DNA of 64,000 nucleotides from assembly GCA_965285935.1 (NCBI GenBank), contig OZ260661.1, positions 101,680,001 to 101,744,000 of the forward strand. Reading direction: 5' to 3'. The position numbers were made by a program, and so were the translations under genes. Each line of letters starts with the position of its first letter. The first letter of the stretch is position 1. The stretch comes from Ophelia neglecta (taxonomy: Eukaryota). This document shows, piece by piece, positions 27,501-39,400 of this stretch. Under the pieces are notes generated by a model. The model was not told the origin of the DNA. It ran no database searches and saw only the letters and a program-made list of their open reading frames with translations.

Positions 27501-29758
27501 TACACAAAGATGATTTCAGCTGCATTAAAGGTGAACCAAAGCCTTGTTCAACTTATTGCAAAAAGACAGAATCATCCTTTTTAGTCAGCCAGCACAATTA
27601 ATTTGATCGGAGGCCAGAAAGATTAATATCTCGTATTTATAAATCGTGTCTGAGAATGGGCAGCGCATTGCTCATTGCAACACTCAGTGTTTTGCTGCAT
27701 CTTTCCTAGACCTATAATTTGCTCGGTGACTTAATTTAATTTTCTCCCAGGAGATGAATGCAATCATATCGGGATCACTGATCATACAACACTCCCTTGT
27801 TCAGCCTTGACATCGGCAGAGACAGCGGCGCTTTGAAGATCGCAATGGGGAGGAAACCGCTTCGTGGTTGAGGCGGACAATCAACAAATATATATGTTAC
27901 TCCCGATGAATCTATCAAGTTGTGTTACCTACTGGAAGTTTAAGGAGGAGGATCAGTAACTAAGTTAATTGAATTTGATTAGATGCGCCGGAAAAAAAGC
28001 ACACAAAAGCTGAAAATGAGATATATATTTGAAAATGATACCGTCGAGAGATAAAAAGAAGTAAAGAAAATACAATTCAGGTTTTCTTGCCATGCTAGAA
28101 CTATGAGCTTGGGTCCCTGATCATGTTGCTTTTTAATAACTAATAAGAAATTGGTATACACTTATTTTGACTGCTAAATATACATCTACACATTATTTTG
28201 AAAGGAGTATGACTAGTCACAATACTATTAATATTAACAATTAGGCATATAATTAACTTAAATATTGTACTGCATTTTTTACTTACAATGCATGTCGCTT
28301 TAACACCCCGGGTGGCAGAATTGTCAATATATTAGTCTGTCTGCAGTTAGACCTACACTTCAAGGCAGAATTCAAGGTAATCATTGAAAAATTAATCAAG
28401 ACGATTGGGTGTACTTCTCGAAAGTTCTCGTTTAGAACCTGACAATAGGTTTTAGGAATGAATTTAAGACACTTAGGACTGTGATTTTATCAAAATTCCG
28501 AATAAAGTCTTCCGATCCTTCACATTAAATTTCTCAATCTAAAGTCTCACATGTATATTTTCATTTGACCTATACATATACACATAGATAACGTCTATAA
28601 CTTTAAAACTACCTGCTGCTGAACAACATTGCACTATAGAAATTCACTCTATCCAACAATATAAGCGAAGTATTAGCAACATTTTCCGCTGAATGATTTC
28701 TTTAAAGCGTCTGTAAAGAGCGTTGTTTGTTGTTGTCGGTGAGGGGAGCCTCGGTTTGATCATTGACCCCTCCAGTGACTCCTGACTGGAAACCAATTAG
28801 GTTTTCACTGCTTGTCTGCCCCTCCGATGCCTTCGTTGAAAATTCAACGCGGCGACTTTTATGCTAGCTAAAACAACTTTGTCGTCTGTTCTCGTAAATT
28901 GATTTTGATTGAGACAACCTGGACGCGCCTTTTATAAAGAAATCTTGCCGACAAAACCAAAGGAGTGTGCAACATCACTTTGTAGATATACCAAGATAGC
29001 CACAGAGTGTCGGATTCGCCGTTTCACTTGTCTTTATTCCCAGGTTCTGGTGTTAAACCTATGTTTGATATATAGCGGTGACTTTCAGTACCTTTCAGAC
29101 AAAAAAAAAGATATATAAGTCTTTCATTTATTTGAATATCATTCGAGTTTCATTGGAAAAAAACGCACCACAAAGACACCTAAGTTTTTAAAGCTTACAT
29201 TTTTATTGAAGATAAAAGTAACACCATATATGACGCTAATTAACAGTGTGTGTAGGAATTGTGGGAATTCAAAAAATATAAAACCCATTTTAAACATTCA
29301 TTGGCTTGTTACATTTCTGAATAGAGGTACATGGCTTTCTTAACATTGATGCGATCAAATTCTGTGACCACCATGAAAGCTTGGCTAGAATTTCGATAGC
29401 TTCTTGGACCTATACAGTGACATTTATTTTGTTCTTGCAGGATTCTGAGGATTTCACGGGTTGATTATAGGCAGTGCCATACGTCGACAGTCCTGAGTTA
29501 AGGGAGCTATGTTTCTGGGCTTTCCTCTAGTGGGGATACTCCTTAATTATTGTATCAACACAATAGGGCACGACATTCATATACCTCCCGGCGGCAGATC
29601 TTCTAAGAGCCCTCTCCTTGATTTGTTTTTTGTATTTTTTGTCAGTGAAAAATTCTTGCAGATAAAAAATTTGGCTAACATTCCTTTCACACTTACATTG
29701 GTAAATACATATGTCTGTATATAAAATGGCCGCAATTATAAGCGTATATATATATATA

Positions 29759-29936
29759 CAGTGAAACCTGCCTTAAAGACCACCTCTATATTCAGACCAC
29801 CTGGAAATTAAGACCACTATTATGAAGACCAAAGAATATCCTTTCAATGTAAACTAACCTGTGTAAACAGACCACCTCTGTAATCAGACCAGTATTTATC
29901 AGTCCTTTGGGTGGTCTTAATTCACAGGTTTCACTG
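29759..29936. mobile_element. Tc1/pogo-type MITE family B, copy 2
   Basis: cagtgaaacctgccttaaagaccacc...ggtggtcttaattcacaggtttcactg, flanked by (TA)n. Confidence 0.8.
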
Positions 29937-32900
29937 TATATATATGAAACCCTGAGAGGGGCAGGTGAGGTAAATAGAATGTACAATACAGAGATCGATT
30001 ATTCAGAAGGAAAAGGGGCCATTTAAATAGTTCATCAACTAACTAACTAACTAACTAGCAAATCAATATATTTATACACGTAATAAGAAATTTATTTCAG
30101 CCTTTACAGGAATGTCTAAACTTCAAACGTAATTGTAATTAACAGCAATTTGTTTCAACGATATTCAAACATAATACTATTGCGAAAAAGCTTTAAATTT
30201 GCTTATGGACATGTTTATATTGACAAGGTCTCGTATAAAAAAAAACTAACCATTCATCCAAACAAATAGCATGTACTAGCATGTACATTTGCCTCTGTAT
30301 ACGGTAAAAAATACTCGTGGGTGGTCTTTTCTTAATATAGGCATATTCTTCAATATAGTTATCATTTCCACAATTTCCCTGGCATGCTGTCTTTTTACAG
30401 ACCACATCCTTCTTAGCTGCCCTTTACACTACATTTAACAAAACTTATAAATCTGTCCTGAAGGGGAAGTCAGATGGTCTGTTTGAAGTCTGCTCGAAGA
30501 TGAAAAGATAGGAGGAGTAGATTCCTGCAAAACATATCAAAAGCTTTAATTATTGTATACAAACATGCTAAATATGCGTGTCTATCACTCGACATAAGCG
30601 TATTACTGTGAGTACAAACAAGCTTGTTAGCCATGTGTTGTCAGGAGAGCCTTTCCCCGGTATTATTGTAGCGGTAATCGGCCGATTGAGCTATATCGAC
30701 TTTCACTGGGTTCTGCAGGTAACAATGACACGTGTTCATCCAGGTCACCGGGTATAATGATATCATGCCGTCACTTGGGAGGATGATCGTCTGCTTTCTG
30801 GGAGGCTGAAAGCTTTATTTTTGCTAGCAGCTGTATCAATGGGACAATGACAGGGATGTATAGAGTATCACAATACGGTGATTTACTCCATTCAGCCCAT
30901 ACCTTTGTTCCCGTCTTCGTAAGGTTACAATTAGCTGCGATTAAACTCGCAAGAAGGCAAATCCGTCAGTTCAACGGTTTTAAGTTCCCAATTCACCGAA
31001 AGGACCTGAACGGGATCTCCTCAGCATTCAGAATTCGACATTGAAATCCAGTTTGAAAACACAGAAACTTTTATTTTCATGATGTAAATGTCGAAATGAC
31101 TCCTTCCCTTTTGTATTGATGTCAAAGAACATTAATGAAATGATTATGGTGGCTATAATTTCATTCCCAGGGCAATGTAACTTGCAAAACTATACGAATG
31201 TGCCAAAATTATCGGCATCGAATTTTTTTTTGCTAAGTGGCATCTGCATAACGTTCTGATCGTACATGTATCTTGGGTGATAAAATTTGACATTTGGCAT
31301 TCATTTTATTCCCTGATAGTTTAGGCTATAGAGATTCGAGTCAAATTGTTGAGATATGTTCTTAGTTAAACATTGTAAAGCACATAAGCTTTATTTTTAT
31401 TTGCACATATACCCTACATGTGTTGGCATTTACTTTTTGGGTGGTCGCAGGGCCCTATTAAATTACACTTATTAATATTTATCCTAACATTGACAATCCC
31501 TATAGCTCGAGATGACAGCTTCTCAAAAACCGCCAAAATTAAAAGCGGAAGAACGTTCCATATAGAAGAAGCCGGAAACATTTAGGCTTATGCGTCAAAA
31601 ATATCTTAATATCTTTTATGACGAATTGGGGGTGGGCGGTGGGGCGGGGGGGGGGGGGTAGCTCTATATAGGCTCTGGTCCTGTTTGGGGGGAGGGCACG
31701 TTTCTTATAAATATTTCTATTTTAGCGGGAAATGTCAGCAACATTGAGGGTCCATAAAGTTGGTTGATTACTAGTTGATAGGGGGCCATTTAACGTGTCT
31801 CAATGCACAGTCACTGTTAAATTTAGTCATTCGAATGTATAATTATTATTTGTGAATTTTTATCTGCATCCGATGCATTAAAACATAGTAATTACTCATT
31901 TTTCAAGGTACTTCTATCCCTCCCTTACATTAAGTGCAAAAATGCATGCATATGAGTACACCGAACCGAGTTTCAAAATTTTTTACAATGCTCAGCCCCA
32001 CTGACATTTTTGTTAATTATTCTTTAAATGACTACGAATTGGAAAAAACCCGTCTGTAACACTGTATAGTAAATAGATGCAAAGTTGCGAATGATTTATT
32101 CTTCATAAACCCTTTAATAGGTACCTAGAAGAAGAAAATGAACCACATGTCACGAACTTATTACCTTGCTTTGCCTTGGGCAAATCCAACACTGAACATT
32201 CCCGTTATAGGTAAATAGGCTAGACATGACTGATACGGGCCTATATCATTGATACGTCAAACAAGCCATAGCACTGTGAAGGTAAGTCACCTTGAAAGTA
32301 AGCGGTTTTTCAAGCAGTCGGTGATTCACGTTAAAAAATATGATAGGTCTCTAATATGATGGTAGGGTGCATTTCCATATAGTAGATACTTGCTGTACCT
32401 ACCATGCGGAGTTAGACAAATTCTTAATTACAATCCCGTTAACTTGACCGAGAAAAGTTGATGGTGGAATGATTATAACCAAACCAAACAAAAACACACA
32501 CTGGGGCTTGTCATTGTTCAGCCTGAGGATTTAACCATATCGATAGCGAGGCTGTTATAAGTATTATATATATAGCCTACTTAACTAACTGGGTATAATA
32601 CAGGCCTCGAATACCCAATTTTAGCCTTAAAACTCCCTTATAGTTCTCCAGCTTTACAGTACTGTATAAAAATAGGCCCAAAGGCTCAAATACGTGTATA
32701 AGTTGATACGAATCATTCCGTTTATTATAATAGCTCAGAGCTGCAAGCTCGGCGGTTACTTGCGACCAAGTTTGTATAAAAAGGTATACTCTTACTAATC
32801 TGAACCATTAAATGTGACTTTATAAGGCAAAACACGAGTATAAGATCATTACCTGTAGAGATGTGGTTTTTTAAACGTTGCAAATTAAGTTTATGCTAAC

Positions 32901-34179
32901 ATTAAACTCGGTAACTGTGTTGTAATTCCTCGAGACTAACTCCCTGCCCTTGTGCATCTCAGGAATGTAAAGAATAATTATTTTAGAATTATTTTCATGG
33001 ACCCAGAATTGCTTATAGCTTAAGGGCATGTTATGGCTATATTACCAATATATATATAGAGTAATTTTCAATGTGTCCGTACCTATATGAAATAAGCTAG
33101 GTAAAAGACAGTGGAAGAAAACTTTTTGAAGCGTGTCAATTTCAGAGATGGAATTAAGTCCTGTCATTATTACATAGTAATAATACATAGTAATAATTAC
33201 ATTATTACAAGCTATTACATAGCTTAGTAGGTTTTTATCCAGATTGATTTCACGACATGAGACTTAATCTTATCTAATTTTGACAGGTGGGGAACATTTA
33301 GCTTTGCAAGTACACCGTTATGTTGCATGTGCTAGCAACTTACTATGAATTCTTCAGTATCGTGCAGGGAAAGAGTGGAACAAAGTAGCATATTTCTTTA
33401 AATATGTACCGATAAAGAATAACTTAACCAAACAGTTCTTATTTTCACGGACATTGCAAGTAATCGTGTGAGTAGTAAAAGATATCACGAGTAGTTATAG
33501 ATGCGGTTTCAGCCACGTCGACGGGTACAACGGGTAGGGGTAATATCTAGAAAATTTATAAAGAATGTTGCATTTTATCCGACCTTATACAATATATTTA
33601 TGTTTGCGCCTGCCTGCGCCAAGCATTAGACTCCATTTTATGAGAATGAGGAAGGCTAAGAGAAAACTGCCTTAAGTCTAACATTGACTAATTTCGCATA
33701 CAGCCATAAAATTACCTGTAATATCTATTCTATAAGGTAAACATATACTTTAGTTTGATACAATTATCTATCGGGTGTTACTTTGTATGTTTGTGTAAAT
33801 GTGTTTGTTGGTCTATTTTTGAAAGTTATTTAATAAAGGACATCTACTTTTACTTTGCTTCAGTTTTTACAAATATCACATTTTTAGTGAAATGAATGTA
33901 GGAAGAAATTCTGATAGACAAAAGGTGCCAGAAACTTAAGTATTACTCCATCCGAAGTTGATGTTTCTTGACTTCTGAGCCTACTTAGACATAAGGGCAA
34001 AAAAACATAATTGCATATGCACTTTCCAACTTCTCTCTTGCTCACAGTGGTATATTTGGCTTATTTGGTAAAACATTATACATCACAATAAAGATAGGAA
34101 CTAGGGCTAAAGCCTACATAAGCTATCGAAGTTCTCTCGCTTTCAATTTCACAATAAAGATAGGAACTAGGGCTAAAGC

Positions 34180-34318
34180 NNNNNNNNNNNNNNNNNNNNN
34201 NNNNNNNNNNNNNNNNNNNNNNNNNNNNNNNNNNNNNNNNNNNNNNNNNNNNNNNNNNNNNNNNNNNNNNNNNNNNNNNNNNNNNNNNNNNNNNNNNNNN
34301 NNNNNNNNNNNNNNNNNN
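34180..34318. other. Assembly gap (139 N)
   Basis: Run of N. The 30-mer just before the gap repeats 34084-34113. Confidence 0.99.
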
Positions 34319-35274
34319 ATAAGCATTTCTGGCTTTAAACGTCTAACTCGAAACATGATCTAATAATTGCGAGGTAATTGAATGGAAAACATTTCAGAAA
34401 TTGACATGCCATGCATCGTCGTGTAAAATATGAATATCTCATCATCTGGCTGAGAAATATTGACTTCATCGAACTTAACATTTTCTTTACAGTGTAATTC
34501 GATGATCGTATCTCGGAAAATTATTAATTGAGGGGTGATATCAGAAGTGACTGCTTTAAGATCTCGTCGTTTAATACCTGCGAAGGGACATATTGTGGGA
34601 AGCAAGGACAAAAACACCCATTGAGCTGTGCCATGTTGTAATTACGCCTGCAAATGGGACATGTGTTATGAGACTTAAGGATTAAAGACATACAACGGTT
34701 AATAGATGGAGCTGTGTACATTTAACATCAAATCAACAACATAGATTTTTTTTAAAAATTAACATAGGCCTATAACATATTTAACATGGCTTCCCAGTCT
34801 TGTAATATTTAACAATCTGTTATCGTAATTTCGGAACCAATAGGTTTTGATTATTGTTGGAAGCATGATAATATACTGGCGTTTCTTATTTCTCATATTC
34901 CGAAAGGACGTTTTTCATTGATTACTCTCGATTGTTTAACTTAATATGTCTTTCGCAACGTGTGCCAGGCATTCCGGGAAAAAAGGGGTCTTTCCAGACT
35001 GAAAGTAAAATGAAAAATGAAAAATGACCAAAATACTTTATTTCGTTAGTTTCAACATGGAAAGAATACAAATGTTATCTTAAAGTTTACGAGACAAACA
35101 ATTTTATGTGCTATTTAGTACAAATTTAAATTTATTCCGGAAAACAAACGCAATAAAAGAAAATTTTACTAAAATTCTCTTTCACAAATATTACGTTTAT
35201 AAAGCATACCAAGTTTTTAAATCTAACATGTTCACCTGTATTTTCATCTTGTAAAGGATGGTTGTATCAGTAGT

Positions 35275-35632
35275 GACGGATGTGTCAGTAACGGATGTGA
35301 CTCGGTCACCGACATTAACACCTGTAAAATAAACGATAGTCGCCCTACAATATTATTTAATTATTTGGCAGTGTTATTCGGGAACCATTATTCAAGTTAA
35401 CTATGGCGATAAGGTTTTTGAACCTATGGCAACGTCTGTGGCATTGATACTACGACCAAGTCGATCAAAAGGAAGTGGGACCAAACCAACCATGTTAATG
35501 GAACAGCACGAATATACTTTTATAGTTTTAGGTCTCTTTGGATGATAGACAACACATACTAATACAATACTTCCCAATACCCCGGTTAAACCATATTTTA
35601 CAGACCCTGGATGCCTTGGTAACGGATGTGAC
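35275..35632 (+). promoter_or_regulatory. RFX X-box-like and Myb/Ets-like motif cluster upstream of the WD40 gene
   Basis: X-box-like gttaactatggcgat (35396), gaacctatggcaac (35420) and gatgccttggtaac (35610). taacggatgtgac occurs at 35289 and 35620, with a variant at 35275. Confidence 0.4.
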
Positions 35633-36473
35633 AGCTGATGTAACTAGAGACAAATTTAAACTTACACAATTTGGAGAAGTGATGGCTTTTGCCACCGACA
35701 TTCACATTTAAACATGGAACCAGAATGCCGTTTGGGATTTCACGTTATTGAATGGAAAATAAAAGTATTGTATGAAAAAATCTCAGATGGAGGCCGCCGT
35801 GCTTACCCCAGTTAGGTCCACTGGGCTATCGACAGGCATGCAACCTCCATGATAGGCCTAGCCACCTAAAGCAATGGTTTGGTTTAAGGAATAATCTAGG
35901 ACATCACGGTTGGATGGCATGGGGAACGTGAATTACCAAAAGCAAGTACAATGTATATTAAGCTCAAGTAAGGCCTAGTAGGCCCTAAGGAGTCACTCAT
36001 AGATATTCGGCATGTTTGGAGAAATAAAAAATTCGGCGCCAAACTTAAATATATTACTAAGACCCAAAGGTTCCGCTTAACCTCGTCTGGTTGGCAAAAA
36101 ATTTCTGGTAGGCCTATAGCAAAACTGCCAGCAGCAAAAGCGGCCAAACTCCGCCAATATAGCATGGATTAGGCCTACGGTAGTCTACCACCCGGGAACA
36201 TCAGTGTGTCATCCAAGGCATTGCTGCTTGTAATGCATAAACAGAAGTACTTAATTGTTGACCGTTGTCTGCCGGAGAGCACGTTAGTAACCTTGGAGAA
36301 GATCACACTGACGTCATTTCCTTTGGCATGGATTTTGAATGAAATTGGCTCCGTGATAGATCTAACATGCATAATTTGTGCAGGAATACAACTTTACAAT
36401 ATCATCATTGTATAGCTTTTTAATGTAGTATAGAGGAAACTTAATTGTCAGAAAGGCTGCTTTGTACGCAAGT

Positions 36474-39400
36474 ATGGCAGGAAGGAATAATAGACGAAAA
36501 CCGGTGACTGTCAGCCGCCGCAATGGCCTACTCCCGTCTCTATCTGAAGAACTGGCAGAAACTCCGTCGGAGAGTGAAGAATCTGAATCTCTCCTGTCAG
36601 AAATAGAATTGAAATTAGAAGACGAGCTAACAAATGACAAACTGAGAGAGTTGGAGTATATCTTTGAGGAGGCTGATGAAGATGGAGGTGGCGGTCTGGA
36701 CATGGACGAGTTCAGAAATGCAATGAGACAGGCGATGGGAGATCAACTGACCGATCATGAATTGGACCTCATGTTCATGAAAGTAGACACAAACTGTGAT
36801 GGTACGGTAGACTGGGATGAATACCTGTCATACATGCTGTTAGAGTACAGAGAAAAGGACCAAATGAATTTTGAAGCCAAGAGGAAACCCTTTCCCATAG
36901 ACCTAAAAAAGGTACCACATATGAATCGGTATCAGCGGCACAGCGACAATATTGTATGTCTAGCTCATCAACCAACTGTTATTAAGGCCACTGGATCTAA
37001 TATCCTATACAGAGCCATTGAAGACGAAAACGGAAAGTATATTTCTGTAAGTAAAGACGGCATCGTCAATTTCTGGTCTATGGATCTAAAACACCTAAAG
37101 TCGGGCAAGATTGGATCAATTAAAAAAGAAGATGAGAGCAAGAAAACCAGCGTTTGGGTAACTGCTCTCGTGTACATCTCAAACCTCAACATGCTTGCTG
37201 TTTCCACAACCTCGTGTGATGTCACCTTCTACGGCATCTATCCCAACATGATAATACCTTTAAGGAGCATCACTAAGTTGGAGATCTCGTTGACTTGTAT
37301 GGACTACTGGACAGACCCCACAAACTTAGCGCATTCTATTCTTATGATGGGTGACGCTAGAGGCAATGTATATGGCCTGGAATTTAACGCCTGCGCAATC
37401 GCCTGCTTCCTCAATCCTCCCAGAAACAAAAAATACAAGCAGCAGGTTCCAGTTAGCGAGGTGCTCTCTGGGACCCACTGTTGTGTTCAAGGTTATTTTC
37501 TGTCACACATACATGAAGACTTCGTTCTCAGAATCAAATGGCTGCCGGAAATGGATTGTTTTCTCTCGTGTTGTCGGGAAAGGACGTGTGCACTTTATTT
37601 CGGCGATCTAAATAAGAAGAAATCCGCTTACTTCAAAGTGCGGAAGGGAGTGTTTGCCTTCGATTACAGCAAGAAGCATAGCGTAATTGTTACTGGTGGA
37701 AAAGACACGGTTGTCCGGGTTTGGAATCCGTATGTCAACAGTAATCCTGTCATGATACTACAGGGCCACAAGTCTGCGGTGACAAACGTCCTAGTGAATG
37801 AACTCATGGAAAATATCATCAGCATTTCCGAAGACAAAGAAGTCAATATTTTTGATATGACAACGCAGGTTTGTATTCAGACAATTTACAGGAAATGGTT
37901 GGTACCATTAGGAACTAGGCCAATCTCGGCTGTTCTTTTTAACCAGCACAGACAGGCTCTGCTTATGGCAACTAACCAGCTAGCGTTGTTTGAGCATGGA
38001 GAGAGAGAGATGAACTCTAAGCAGCTGACATCGCACGCCGCAGGTGTAAATGTCATTCTGTATAGCAGCCTTTTCGACCAAGTTATCAGCGGAGGAGCGG
38101 ATTCTATGGTATGCGTATGGGACATCACAACAGGAAAAAAAGTCATACAATTCAGTGCCCATAGGCAAATCCATTTTGGGGAGGAGATTAATATTGCAGT
38201 CACCGCAATGAAACTCGACCCGACCAATAGGAGATTGGTTACCGGAGCCAGAGATGGAACTGTAAGAATCTGGAACTACAATAACGGGGCCTTGCTCAGG
38301 GAACTAGAAGTTTTTGATAAGTTTGAAGTGAGTGGAATCGTCTGGGACCGAGGTCGAATTCTCACAGCCGGGTGGAACAGAAGAATAGCCGTGTACTTCG
38401 ACAGCCAGGATGATGAAACCGTGGCCCAGTGGAAGTCTCGACACTACGAGGACATTTTATCGCTCACCTTTGTGACACCAAGTACTATAGCTTCCTCATC
38501 CTTTGACGGAGATATTCTCCTCTGGTCTTTAGAGACTGGTCATTTATTGAGTAGACTAAATGGGAACAAGGTAAAACCTCCAGATTCAGATTCACAAAAT
38601 CCTAGTGGGGATCAACCAGACACAAAGAAACCAGTTTTAAGATATTTTGTAGGTCAAAATGAAAAAGGACCCACCCGAATGGGTCAGAATCCTGCTGAAA
38701 AGGAACCATCTCTTGCTTCGCAGAGGCCTAGTCCTAGCGGAAATACAAAGTGTGACATAATAACAAGTGATGTTTCGGCAACTGCAGATTCGTCTCGTGA
38801 GGTTTCTACCGATCCATGCCAAGAGGAATGTGAAGCAAATCCCGTTCCTACGAGTTTCAGAGGCAACGCGAAACTGACAGAGGAAGAGAGGGAGAAAAGT
38901 ATGTCTGCTTTGGGAAAGGTTGTTCGTATGAAACGACGTGCAATGGCGGCAAGAGACCGTGGACTGAATATGGCACGACGATCAAAAGAGACTTCAGTCG
39001 ACAAGTTGTTGTTCCTGCAAACCCGGGGTACAGGCCGTGAGTCAGCTTGTCTGGTGGCGAGCGGGGCAGGAGGTTGGATCCGATTTTGGTCTGTCCATCC
39101 CGACGGAGGGATGTTAGGTGGGTTCTCTGCCACCCACTTGAAGGGTGATGCGGTCCTGGCAATGGCAACAGACGAGAATAACCAGTACCTTATTACTGGT
39201 GATACAAGTGGCTACATCAAAGTTTGGTATATTGCCGAATACTGTACTGAAGAAAAACCAGTTGTCAATGCTGCTTCAACGCCTGTGACAACAGGTGGAA
39301 AAATAAATGGAGTACCAAGCGATATCCACAAGCGCTTCTCATTTTTAAGAGACATAACCATTGCTCAAAGAAAATTGTGTCCTAGTCTAAAGGAGACGAG

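Noticed and set aside
32961-32982. miR-1-like sequence (ggaatgtaaagaa)
   Set aside because: Only 13 nt match, the 3' half differs, and there is no complementary upstream arm.
34084-34179. 30-bp direct repeat
   Set aside because: It abuts the gap and is most likely a contig-end artefact.
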